A stretch of 64,000 nucleotides of DNA from an uncultured Chloroflexia bacterium (GCA_963765765.1 CAVXYC010000010.1:96001-160000); one strand, 5' to 3'. Positions 50,470 through 60,667 are shown, counted from the first letter of the stretch. The notes: a model not told the origin generated them from the sequence alone. Numbers and translations: made by a program.

Positions 50470-50654
50470 TGGTTGGGACTCCTCTTATTAACTACCCAAT
50501 CATCACCTGATGGTACCGCCAGCAGATCATCGTGCAATGTCTCGCCCAAAGATCCTTCCGCGGGTAAACCACTCACGCTGCGCAGTTAGCCATCAGATTC
50601 GCCGCGACGGCGCGCTGGTGCGGTGCGGGGTAGCGAGTTTAGGCCCAGAAGCCA

Positions 50655-50860
50655 CCGGTTTCCCGTCCATGAAGAAGGGCACAAACCCCCATTTCACGAT
50701 CCGCAGCTCACGAGTGTCATTGGTGTGCTGCACCACAATGGGGATGTCCTGAGAGGGCGCCACAGTCGAAGCGGGGCGTCACGTCCGTCTCGGCGAACTC
50801 TTCCAGGCCAAACCGCCGCATCAGGGGACTGGGATCACCTAGCGTGTAGCGTCCACACAT
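50655..50860 (-). pseudogene. SRAP (SOS response-associated peptidase) 5' fragment
   Basis: 'MCGRYTLGDPSPLMRRFGLEEFAETDVTPRF...WGFVPFFMDGKP'; closely similar to 59135-59341, then ends. Confidence 0.8.
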
Positions 50861-50992
50861 ACTCCCAATGCTCAGTTCCTAGACCCCGTTAGCCGTGACG
50901 GTTCAGAAAGCTTCGGCGGTTGCCGATGCATTTTAAAGTGACCGTCAGGCGACATGTCTGGATATCTCGCAAGAAGGGCATCGACCCTCAGT

Positions 50993-51271
50993 TCACTCTT
51001 TCGCCCGCTTGAATACAGCCCGGTAGACCCGGACACGCGAGCCCAAGGCGTCCCCATAGGTGACGCTCTCCCGGTCGGTAAACGAGTGTTCCGGGCTCAA
51101 CGAAACCGTCTCCCATCCATCAGCCCCCTTTCCTTGCAGAATCTCTACAAGTTCGCGTGGCTGACCTTGAGGTCTGGCCGCTCGTCTTGGGCGCACTGTC
51201 CCCGCCATCGGCGCAGCTCCCACCGCCGCGAGTCCCAGGGCCACCAGGCTGCGACTCCATCGTCCGGTCAT
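50993..51271 (-). pseudogene. DUF4177-like protein fragment
   Basis: Signal-like N-terminus, 'L...GADGWETV...YRAVFKR'. Confidence 0.4.
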
Positions 51272-51505
51272 CAGACACCTCCGCACCACTCGCTCGGTCC
51301 CGAACCGGCGGTTTATGAGTCGATCGCACGGTCTGGCGCGTCGGGCGAGCCACCCGGGGCGGTGCACTGGCGCGGAGTATCGGGTGGCCAGTGTACCGCT
51401 TCTCCTGATGTCCTGCGCATTGCCACCCGATGCGGCCACGTGGCGACCCACTTGACGATGGAAGCAAGCGTCAGACTCTGACCTTTCGTGCAGCTAGCCG
51501 CGACC

Positions 51506-51730
51506 TCAGCTCGATTCGATGCGCTCCGCAACAGGGGTCTCTGGAATCCCGTGATCCCGCATGAGCAGGCTCACGTCTTTCCAGCCGAATTGCTTGATGC
51601 CGGCGTCCAGGCGCTCCATGGCGTCGATCAGCGCCAGCTTGTGCACCTGGTCCAGCCCGTCCGCCCACTCCGGCAGGTCGGGACGCACGCCGCGCATGTG
51701 CGACCTCCCCCGCAGAATGGCCCGGCCGCG
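51506..51730 (-). CDS. Small hypothetical protein or remnant, paralogous to 53363-53600
   Basis: 'RGRSHMRGVRPDLPEWADGLDQVHKLAL'. Confidence 0.45.
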   Translation of the reverse strand, partial: RGRAILRGRSHMRGVRPDLPEWADGLDQVHKLALIDAMERLDAGIKQFGWKDVSLLMRDHGIPETPVAERIESS

Positions 51731-51856
51731 GGACAACGTTGCCGCCGGGACCGCTCCTGGACAGCGCGCCTCGATCTCCCTATCATGCCGTGGCGACACA
51801 GCACCTCCCGCTTGACGAATTCCTGTTCGAAGTACGGGGTGAACTAAAGGATTGCC

Positions 51857-53161
51857 ATGGGATCAGGCGACGAGCCGGGCCGTGCAAGCGAGACCCGGCT
51901 CGACAACAGGGGACTAGATCAGGGGCGCGGCCGGGCCAGGCTCTGGCTTTCGGGCGGGGTACTGGCGCTCATCGTCGTAGGCAGCATCGTCGCTTCCGCG
52001 CCCCCGGGCCGGCCCACCGAGGAGTATAGGGCGACAACCAGCGAGCCAACGCTGCACCAGCTGGCGTTGCTGGCGGCCGAAGTAAGCACGCCCATCCCGT
52101 CGACCATTGCGATGGGCCTGAACGCCCAGGCTCGAGGCTGCTCCTTCGTACTCGGTTTCGCCGAGCTACGGCAAATGATCGGTCCGGCCGTCGTGGGAGA
52201 CTGCCTGGAGGACCAGAGCGACGGTGAGAACGGCGACGCGGTCCAGCGGACAACGAACGGCTTGCTGGTCTGGCGCAAGGCGGATAACCGGGCAGCTTTC
52301 ACTGACGGAGCAACGACCTGGATCGACGGCCCCTATGGCCTCCAGAAGCGGGCGAGCGACCAACGGCTGGCCTGGGAAGAGGCTCTGCCGGGCGCGGTCC
52401 TACCCGGGCGACGGATCGTGTCGTACTACGGCAACCCGCTCTCGGCCGCGATGGGTATCCTTGGAGAGCTGCCGCCCCAACAGATGATGGCGCGCCTGCG
52501 CCAGCAGGCCGCGGCGTACGCCGCGGCCGACCCACTACGGCCGGTCCAGCCGGCCGTTGAGCTTGTCGCGATCGTGGCTCAGGAAGGGCCAGGAGCCGAC
52601 GGGATGTACCGCCTGCAGATGGACACCGAGCTCATCGAAGAGGTCGCGCAGTGGGCAGAGCAAAATGACTTCCTGCTAATCCTGGACGTACAGCCGGGGC
52701 GCAGCTCGGTTGCGGCCGAAGTGCGGGCGATGCTGCCGTTTCTGAAGCGCCCTTTCGTGCACCTGGCGCTGGACCCCGAGTTCGCGATGGCCACGAACCA
52801 GCGGCCCGGCCAGGCGATCGGAAGCATCGACGCGGCGGCGATCAACGACACCATCCGGATCCTTGGCCAGTTGGTGACGGCCGAGCAGCTGCCCCCCAAG
52901 CTGCTGATCGTGCACCGCTTCACCGAAAACATGGTGACCAACTACGACAAGATCCAGCTCGACCCGCGGGTGCAGGTGGCGATCGTAATGGATGGCTTCG
53001 GCTCACCCGCGGCAAAGATTGGCAGGCACCGGGAACTTGTGCGCGACCAGCCGGTGCAATTCGGCGGCTTCAAGTTGTTCTACCGTCAGGACGTACCGGT
53101 CATTACGCCGGACGAGGTGATCAAGCTGGATCCCTCACCGGATATCGTGATCTACCAGTAA
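51857..53161 (+). CDS. Exported protein: 'CSFVLGF...WRKADN' domain fused to a TIM-barrel-like lipoprotein domain
   Basis: TM segment, 'SYYGNP...MGILGE', 'LDVQPGRS', 'HLALDPEF', 'MDGFG', 'GFKLFY..D', 'P..VIYQ'. Confidence 0.8.
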   Translation: MGSGDEPGRASETRLDNRGLDQGRGRARLWLSGGVLALIVVGSIVASAPPGRPTEEYRATTSEPTLHQLALLAAEVSTPIPSTIAMGLNAQARGCSFVLGFAELRQMIGPAVVGDCLEDQSDGENGDAVQRTTNGLLVWRKADNRAAFTDGATTWIDGPYGLQKRASDQRLAWEEALPGAVLPGRRIVSYYGNPLSAAMGILGELPPQQMMARLRQQAAAYAAADPLRPVQPAVELVAIVAQEGPGADGMYRLQMDTELIEEVAQWAEQNDFLLILDVQPGRSSVAAEVRAMLPFLKRPFVHLALDPEFAMATNQRPGQAIGSIDAAAINDTIRILGQLVTAEQLPPKLLIVHRFTENMVTNYDKIQLDPRVQVAIVMDGFGSPAAKIGRHRELVRDQPVQFGGFKLFYRQDVPVITPDEVIKLDPSPDIVIYQ

Positions 53162-53362
53162 CAAACGGCGCCATCGCGAATGAGCCTGCGGACGCGCTCC
53201 GTGCCAGGTCGATCGAGGCTGTAGCCGCTCGCGGTATCGCGGATTGCTTCCACCACAGGCGGCTTCCCTACGCGCCGACCGCCACACTGACCATTGTGTA
53301 CGATGAGCAAACGCTAGTACCGGTAGCGGCCATCCCCTTCGAGGAAGACCCCAATTTGCCAG

Positions 53363-53600
53363 CGTGTCCACCTGGTCCAGTCCGTCTACCCACTCCGGGA
53401 GGTCAGGACGCACGCTACACATATGTGACCTTCCGCGCCCAATGGCCTCACGGAGCGCCTCGCCGAAGGTCGGGCCAGGCTGGCCACGGCGGTATCTCGG
53501 GCGGCATGAGCACTTCGCACGGCATCCAGGAGCAAGGTGCATTCCGACGTCGTGAGGGCAACTCCTGGAGCGCCTCGTGGATGAGTCGGCGGTAGCGCGC
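53363..53600 (-). pseudogene. Remnant paralog of the 51506-51730 ORF
   Basis: 'GRGRSHMCSVRPDLPEWVDGLDQVDTLA'; DNA similarity to 51640-51730. Confidence 0.55.
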
Positions 53601-53877
53601 CGCTCGCGCCTGCTCAGTCCTGCGCCTACGCGAGCTTGTTGTTTTTGGGTCCACGGTGGGAGGAATCGCGCGGCCGCGCCTCATCCATCATCCCGATGAC
53701 TATTACGCCAGCACCAGCGCCGCATTACCAGGACATCTCCGTTCGCCGTCACGCTGGAGCTGCGTCCGGGCCGGAGTCGCACGCTGTCGCTCGATCCCGA
53801 GCCGCAGTCGGAACTGGTACGCTCTCCAGCGCCCGCAGGGTGCGGCGTGTACGCCGCGATGGACTTGGTAGGCAAAT

Positions 53878-54495
53878 GTGCCACGACGGCGTTCGCAGGA
53901 GCCGCCGTGGCGCCGCGGAGGACTCGTGGATGACTCGAGGCGGACGCTACCGGGCGTAACCGTCGAGCGACCAGCCTCGCTCGGGACCCAGAGCGGGGCG
54001 GTCCCGGCCTGGGTGTTCGTGCTGGTGGTTACCCTGCCGGTCGCGGTCGGCTGGTTCGTTGCTCTGTCCCTCGATCTCTCCTGGGTCCGTGCGTCGGCCG
54101 GAGCGCGGGTCGCGACCGCGCGCGGGCCCGTCGCGAGCGACCGCGGCACCAACGTGCCTGACGCGCCGACCGCCGCGGCGCCGGAGGCGGACGCTCGGCC
54201 GGCGCCGGGCCCCGGTGAGGCTGCCCGGGTGGCGCACACGGACGGGCAGGGCGTGGTGCTCCGCACCGCGCCGCGCGAGGACGCCCGGGTGCCGCGCGGC
54301 CTGCTCGAGGGGGCCCGGGTGACCGTGCTCGAGCGGCCTGACGGCGAGTGGGCGCATGTGCGCGGTGAGACCGGGCTGGAAGGATGGGTACCGATCGAGT
54401 TCCTTGCGGCGCTCCGACTGAATGGCCCGTGCACCATTGGGATCCTTGGACGCCACGTCGGAATACCCATGCCCGTATATGCTAGGCGTCTCTAG
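53878..54495 (+). CDS. Membrane-anchored bacterial SH3 domain protein
   Basis: TM, Ala/Pro linker, 'TDGQGVVLR..P...EGARVTVL...WAHVR...GLEGWVP..FL'. Confidence 0.75.
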   Translation: MPRRRSQEPPWRRGGLVDDSRRTLPGVTVERPASLGTQSGAVPAWVFVLVVTLPVAVGWFVALSLDLSWVRASAGARVATARGPVASDRGTNVPDAPTAAAPEADARPAPGPGEAARVAHTDGQGVVLRTAPREDARVPRGLLEGARVTVLERPDGEWAHVRGETGLEGWVPIEFLAALRLNGPCTIGILGRHVGIPMPVYARRL

Positions 54496-54642
54496 GGACT
54501 TTCGCCTCCCTAGCGATTGGCCGGGATTCCGCCTGCAGTCGCTATCCGGGAATTCCAGAAGCGTCGCGGCCAGCTATCGCGCGATCAGCCCACACAGGCT
54601 GATAGCGGCGATCGTGCCTACGGGTCGAAGTGATGAATTCGA

Positions 54643-55563
54643 TCACGGCTGGGTCCAGCATTGCCGAAAGCGAACGTCGACCACCTGATCGTAGGGCACC
54701 GGACCGGGCAGGTAGCCAATGGCCTGGGCGAATGCGTTCATGGTGGCAACGGCTTCCTCGGTGATGACGGGATCGTAAAATCCGACATCGCGCTGGATCG
54801 TCCGCACTATAAGCTCCGCCGCATCCGGCGGAAACTTGCCCTGCCCGATCTTCTGCGCGAGGGACGGATCGGCGCGCAGCATGCGTTGTGCCTTGACGAT
54901 GGCTCGCACGGCGGTCTCGACGCCAGCCGAGTTGCTTTCGAGATAGGTATCGGTCGTTGCCAATGCGGCAAAGGAGAAATGGCGCACGTCGGCGGGATCG
55001 TCGCCGCGCCGGACGTCGATGAGGACCTTTCCGGCGCCGCTGTCGACGACGGTTTCAGCACCCAGGGCGTTCGCCCAGAAGCCATCGATCTGCCCGGCTT
55101 CCAGCGCACGCGCAGCAGCTACCCCGAACGACACATCGCGGCCGCGCGTTGCGACCAGGTCCACCACGATCTCGAAGTCGCGGCCCGGTAGGATGCCGGC
55201 GCGGATGGCCATCTGCTCCAGTGCTGCAACGGGTCCCTCGGCGGCGGCCAGGCGCAGACCCTTGATCGCGCTGAGGTCGCCCTGCTTCGCGGCAAGGTCG
55301 GCGCGCACGACCAGCAGCCAGGGCGTTCCCTGCGAGAGCGCGACGACGAGCTTGGCACCGTTCCATCCCGGGAATTCCTTCAGAATCCAGTGGACGGCAC
55401 CCATGGCGAGCAGATCGACGTCACCACTGCGCAGTGCCTGCACGCCCGTCGGCCGCAATTCGATCGAGACATCAAGTCCCTCGGCCTTGAACAGTCCCAA
55501 TTCATCGGCGGCCAGCAGGGGAAAGCAGGTGTTGCTGATAAGGTCGACCGTAGCAATGCGCAT
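54643..55563 (-). CDS. NMT1/TauA-type ABC substrate-binding protein
   Basis: 'A..LGLFKAEGLDV', 'AL.SGDVD', 'DL..IKG.RL', 'ALEAGQIDG'; no signal peptide seen. Confidence 0.85.
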   Translation of the reverse strand: MRIATVDLISNTCFPLLAADELGLFKAEGLDVSIELRPTGVQALRSGDVDLLAMGAVHWILKEFPGWNGAKLVVALSQGTPWLLVVRADLAAKQGDLSAIKGLRLAAAEGPVAALEQMAIRAGILPGRDFEIVVDLVATRGRDVSFGVAAARALEAGQIDGFWANALGAETVVDSGAGKVLIDVRRGDDPADVRHFSFAALATTDTYLESNSAGVETAVRAIVKAQRMLRADPSLAQKIGQGKFPPDAAELIVRTIQRDVGFYDPVITEEAVATMNAFAQAIGYLPGPVPYDQVVDVRFRQCWTQP

Positions 55564-55751
55564 GGTTGGTCTCGTTCCTTGCAGCGCGTCTCCGGGTCCA
55601 GGAACCATAGGAAAGTAGCGACTTCAGATCCCTACCGCCACTTCGCTATAGGTCTCCATCTGCGTCGCAACCTGGTTTTCGCCCGGCTTACCCGAGTCAA
55701 TCGGGTGCCAGCATCTGCACTTCGTAAGCGTCGTCGCCTGGCCCATACGGA

Positions 55752-56009
55752 CTATTGTTCGTGGCCGCGCACGAAGTGAGCAGCTTCCTGTTCTCTCTCG
55801 ACGACCACCTCGATGATGTCGTGGACCAGCCGGACGTCGCCTACCCTCTTGCCTTCGCGGGCCAGTTCCTCGATCCAATCGGACCGGTGCTCGCGGAGAT
55901 GATCGAGTACCCGGAGTTTCACGTTGGGGGCGACGGTGACGGAGTCCATCCGGACGCTGCCCACGGACTGGCCCGGATGCTCGCCGAGGCTGAGCGGATC
56001 ATCGTACAT
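55752..56009 (-). CDS. Small hypothetical protein
   Basis: GAGG RBS; protein-like composition. Confidence 0.45.
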   Translation of the reverse strand: MYDDPLSLGEHPGQSVGSVRMDSVTVAPNVKLRVLDHLREHRSDWIEELAREGKRVGDVRLVHDIIEVVVEREQEAAHFVRGHEQ

Positions 56010-56445
56010 GTCCTCGTACCCGCTCGGCTGCTCCGTGCGAGCCGAGCGGCGCTGAAGGAACTCCAGAAAGTGCGGAAAAGGCATCAGTAACGCAGTGATA
56101 CTCCCGAGCACACCTGTCGCGCCAGGGCCCGGCGCACAAAAGACAAGGGGCCAAGACCATGCTCGGCCTGCTCGGTACGGGTGATGCCTCCGAGCGCCAT
56201 CACCAACGTTTCGCTCGGCTGAACCGTTCCCCACCATTACAGACCGGCCTTCGGTGATCCGGACGACATCCAAATCGAGCTGTTCGCGCCGCCCAGTCGT
56301 CGAGCCGGGGTATGCAGCCACGCTTCAGACCCGGCGGACGATGACCAAGTCTCCGTCCGCCGAGCGCTGGCACACGCATTCTGCGGATGAACTATCCCGG
56401 CTCATACAGGGGCACTGCGAGCTCGCTCTGTGGCTGTCGTGAGCG

Positions 56446-56745
56446 TTAGCGGCTCCAGAATCGCCACCGACGGCGCCGCAGTGTCTGCTGCTCTGCTGAT
56501 GCGGGAGTTCCTTCAACGAGCGTGCCTTGGCCCGCCAGCGCGTCCAGCACCGTCGACGGCAGGGCGCCTGCGTCGTCGAGCGCCCGTTGATACCATTCCT
56601 CACGCTGCGGGCTCGTCTGACGTCGGTTCTTCAGCACACGGATCGTCTCCATCAGCGCCTCCACCGTATCCGAACTCGCCTCACGGTAAGGCGAGTTCTC
56701 GGGTGCGATACCTTCGTGCGACCGCACATCGTCGGGTGGCTCCAC
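56446..56745 (-). CDS. Hypothetical protein with basic/Trp C-terminus (RRRRWRFW)
   Basis: The tail is typical of small coiled-coil mobile-element proteins. Confidence 0.4.
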   Translation of the reverse strand: MEPPDDVRSHEGIAPENSPYREASSDTVEALMETIRVLKNRRQTSPQREEWYQRALDDAGALPSTVLDALAGQGTLVEGTPASAEQQTLRRRRWRFWSR

Positions 56746-57312
56746 CAGGAGCCGGAAGCCTCGCGGCGTCCGTGCCGGCTGTTATTGCAAGAACCCGGCC
56801 TTACCACGCCGTTTGACCGTCACGCGGGATCGTGCCAGAAGTCAGCCACGCGGACACGCGCGCGATGGTCACAACCAAGTCACTTCTTCCGCCCAATGTG
56901 GGGAGACACACGCGTGCACACGGCAAAAGACGCCCGATGTGGGCCTCGTGGGTATCGATAGAAGGCGCTATCGTCGAACTCATTCGTCCAGGCATCCGTC
57001 TAGCGCTCGTTCTCGGGCTGCCTGTAATTGGCGAAGAGCCAACCAACCCTCACTGACGTAATCGCCGCTGTGGCGTCACGGAAGGGCGGCTGCGTCACCG
57101 TGACCGAGGTGTACGTTGTGGAGCCCACCACACAGCGCGTCCGGTTCCACGTGCACACGGATCCGCTCAGCAGCGGCAGCCTGATCTGGACCGCCAGCGC
57201 TCACCGGTTCACCCTTGGTGAGGAGACCGCGTGAGAGCAAAACCCCCGCCGCCTCGAAGACTAACGACGGAGACTGCCGTGTTCTGCGCTCCGAGCACTC
57301 CAGGGTCAGCGA

Positions 57313-57537
57313 TCACTGACCCAACGATGCAAGCCACTCATCTCGGAGCGCGGTCACCTTCCCGTAGAGCACGGCCTCGGCCTCACACGCAGCCCTGAGT
57401 GCCTCCGAGCGAATGCCGGATTCTGGGCGTACATCCGCGGGGACGCCGCGCTCCATGTCTTGACAATGATCCGCGGCCATCGTCCACTCGCTGACCGCCG
57501 CCAGCAGCTCGGAATGGATTCCCTCTGACGTTCGCAT
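57313..57537 (-). CDS. Small helical hypothetical protein
   Basis: GAGGAG RBS. Confidence 0.45.
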   Translation of the reverse strand: MRTSEGIHSELLAAVSEWTMAADHCQDMERGVPADVRPESGIRSEALRAACEAEAVLYGKVTALRDEWLASLGQ

Positions 57538-58056
57538 GCGTGCTCCTCTTCCTCGTTGTCACCGTTGTCCGTTCGCTCCCCTATCGCCCCGAACGCTTCG
57601 CGGCACCGACGAAGCATCGAACGCCCTACCGACGGGTCCGAAGGCCGGTGCTCTTTCGGCGCACGAGGGGGACTGAATTTCGACGCTCAAGCCTCATGCT
57701 ACCGGCCACCGCCCGTCTGGTCTTCGTACCCGGGGCCCAGGGCTTCTGAACACCATTCCGAACAACCGTCGTGATTCGGACCGATTACCCGGTCTGTGCT
57801 TTGACGAGTTAACCTGGTCCGCTCACGCGAGCTTTCGGGCGCTCGGCGGTGCGGCGGGTGGAGATCACCTCGACGGGGAGCTGCGGCTTGAACAGGACGT
57901 CTCTGCCGCTCGCAGGTGCCTCATGGCGACGATATAGAGTACTTCGCAGACTGTTTGCTATGCGTTCCATACGGGCGGTTTTTCCCGGGTCAGTACGCTC
58001 CTCCGAAGCGAGCGTACTGATCGAACGCTGCGGCGTTGCGGCTTCCCTACCAGCCG

Positions 58057-58212
58057 CTAGACGCGCCCCCGCCCGCCGACGCCACGGAGCACGTTACCAA
58101 GGACCACCACCACTGCTAGGACCAGCAGCAGGTGCATGATGTCACCCAGATGCGCAAAGAAGTATCCGATGAGCCACAGTGTCGCGAGTACCGCTGCAAT
58201 TATCCAGAGCAT
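58057..58212 (-). CDS. lmo0937 / DUF5670 family small membrane protein (51 aa, absent from the ORF track)
   Basis: GGAGG RBS; MLWIIAAVLATLWLIGYFFAHLGDIMHLLLVLAVVVVLGNVLRGVGGRGRV*, matching the 'LW...LWL.G...IHLLLV.A' pattern. Confidence 0.8.
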   Translation of the reverse strand: MLWIIAAVLATLWLIGYFFAHLGDIMHLLLVLAVVVVLGNVLRGVGGRGRV

Positions 58213-58655
58213 TTGTCAATTCCTCCAGGTGATTCCTCAGTACACCGATACCCGACCGCAGTGCAGGCCTTGGGCCGCGGTACGCCAGGCAGATCACCCT
58301 CCGGGGAGGTAGGTCTATAGCGATGCTCGTCGTGGCCAAGATTCAGCGGATCGATGCGGCAGCCTCTTGCCGATCAGTCCGCCGCTATCCCACAGCGGGG
58401 CCTTGATAGATGGCATGATGGCTTGCGACGCTGTGGAGATTAGCCGATTGCCCGAGCAGCAGCTGGGACTCGGCGAGGGCGGCCGGGAAATCGTAGGTCG
58501 CGTCAATTGGGCCGGATCTGTCAAAAGTGACTGGCTAGCGGGATTCGAGAACTGGCGTAGGCCGAACACCTTCACACCGCGCGCACAACGTGGCGGCGTA
58601 CTTGATCGATAGCGGGCGGATGGAGTCGTACGAGACCGCTTAGCCAGGGCGACCA

Positions 58656-59341
58656 TTAGGCGGAGTTGATCGGCAGAATCAGCTCTGCGCCCTCATTCGC
58701 AGCGGTGTTCACCCTGGTACTGACGGGTGTGGCGATCATGGCATCGGCCGGGTACGGCGTGAGCGAGCGTGAGCGCCTCCGAGGTGTCGGTCATCTTCGG
58801 ATCGAGCCACACGTCTTCCAGGGCCGGGAGGAGGATCGCCGGCATGCGGTTGTGGATGGACGCCATCAGCTCGTTGGGCGTGGTGGTGATGATGGCGGCC
58901 GTCCCGCCCGGATTCGATGCCGTCGGCAACGTGTAGATCCCCGCAAATCCGAACAGGCTCGTGTCCTGGAGCTGGACGTACATGGGCTGCTTGGTCTTCG
59001 TGTCGGGATCGATCATCTTCCACTCGTAGAAGCCATCCGCGGGGATGATGCAGCGGTACTTGGCCACGCTCGACCGGAACATGCCGCTGGTGGCGAGCGT
59101 CTCGGCGCGAGCATTGATGGGCGGTGGGCGCTTGCCCGGTTTCCCGTCCATGAAGAAGGGCACAAAGCCCCACTTCGCCATCCGCAGCTCACGAGCTCCA
59201 TTCGAGTGCTGCACCGCTATGGGGATGTCCTGACTGGGTGCCACGTTGAAGCGGGGCGTGATCGTCCGTCTCGGCAAACTCTTCGAGGCCGAACCGCCGC
59301 TTCAATGGGCTGGGATCAGCCAGCGTGTAGCGTCCACACAT
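58656..59341 (-). CDS. SOS response-associated peptidase (SRAP/YedK/HMCES family), two frameshifts
   Basis: MCGRY start, 'RFNVAPSQ', 'WG.VP', 'INARAET', 'RCIIPADGFYEW', 'IHNRMPAIL', 'PVSTRVN'. Confidence 0.9.
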
Positions 59342-59517
59342 ACAGCACAATTTTACCGACTACCTACGTGCCGAGCTGATGCTTCCCCACGTCCCAGGTC
59401 CTCGGCTCCGACAACTGTCGGCCATCCGACAGTCTAGATATCGGGTCGGAGACAGCGCGGACCCCACTCGCGAGGGATGATCACTGTAGAAACGTCATAC
59501 CCAAGGAGAGCCCGCTT

Positions 59518-59727
59518 ATGACCACACACACCATCGCGACGAACGCACGCTACGGATACGGACTAATCGCTCTCTTCAATGCGCTGGTGCTCTGCATCGC
59601 GTTGCTTCAGGCGTCGACCGGCTCCGCCGAGGAGAAGGATGAGAGGGCGTTCGCGGCGACAACCCCGACACCATCCGCAACCGTCGGGCTCAATTACTCC
59701 AAGGTCGTGATGGAATACGCCCGATAG
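59518..59727 (+). CDS. Small membrane/secreted hypothetical protein
   Basis: AAGGAG RBS, one TM segment. Confidence 0.5.
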   Translation: MTTHTIATNARYGYGLIALFNALVLCIALLQASTGSAEEKDERAFAATTPTPSATVGLNYSKVVMEYAR

Positions 59728-60000
59728 CGTCGGCCAGGGTCTCCGCGTATCCCCCATCCAGGAGATCGCCTGACCCCAGCAGCTCCGCCCACGGAATCAA
59801 GAGCCGACAGTGGACCTGTCACCGGGCGGGCTGGATTGCCTGAACGAAGGAGCCCGTTCGGGCCATGCCGAATCGCACAAGTTCGCCCCATCTCGTCAGG
59901 ATTGCATTAATGGACGCTCAGTGAACGGGTGCGGATGTGCTACGCTGACCGGGTAGCCGAGCGGACCCGCTTAACCACAACAGGCCCGCTGACTATGGAG

Positions 60001-60055
60001 ACCCTGGCCGTTGGACTTGCTGCAAAGCAGGCCACAAAGACCAGGGTTTTGTTTT
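60001..60055 (+). terminator. Terminator-like hairpin with U-tract
   Basis: ACCCTGG...CCAGGGT followed by TTTGTTTT. Confidence 0.45.
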
Positions 60056-60310
60056 GCCCGTCATTAGCCTTTCTGGCTGGATCACCTGGTTGGCGTCGAA
60101 CCGAACCACGCGCATTGCTCACGGGCGCCGCGAGCAGGTTCTAGGACACCACCCCGCCGAGGCCGTTTCTCGTGCTGCTGTGAGGCGGTTCTAGGGGCAT
60201 ACCGTTGCACGTACGGTCCGCATACAGGCATTTCCCATCCTGTTACTGTGTGCGGACATGCATTAATACCTGTATGGTGTATATGCATTCCTCCATAGTG
60301 CGAGAAGGCG

Positions 60311-60572
60311 TTGACCCCGCGATGGAAGGGGGTAAGTCCGTTGGACACTTCTCAGCGCACTGACAAAGATCTCGTAGAACGTCTGACTGCCCGCGAGATC
60401 GAGGTGCTGCGTCTCGTGGCGGAAGGGTGCGATAACCAGACGATCGCGACCCTCCTCGTGCTCGATCGGGCCACCATTCGCAACACACGTCGAGGCGGTG
60501 CTCACCAAACTTGACGCGCCTTCGCGGCTGCACGCGGTAGCACGAGCGGTGCGATTGGGACTCTGCGGCTAA
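60311..60572 (+). CDS. Stand-alone LuxR/GerE-type HTH regulator, frameshifted near 60487
   Basis: 'LTAREIEVLRLVAEG.DN..IA..L...TIRN' then 'HVEAVLTKLDAPSRLHAVARAVRLGL*'. Confidence 0.75.
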
Positions 60573-60667
60573 ACGAGCTCGGGGGCGGACTGTCGGGTGA
60601 ATATCGGGCTCACTGAATCCAGTTCAGTGAGCGCCTTGACTCGCACGCTCGGTCCAGTCCAGGTGCC

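Noticed and set aside
53868-53960. c-di-GMP-I riboswitch (GGCAAA followed by a hairpin)
   Set aside because: No GNRA tetraloop/receptor or GCAAAG junction; the region overlaps the probable start of the SH3 gene
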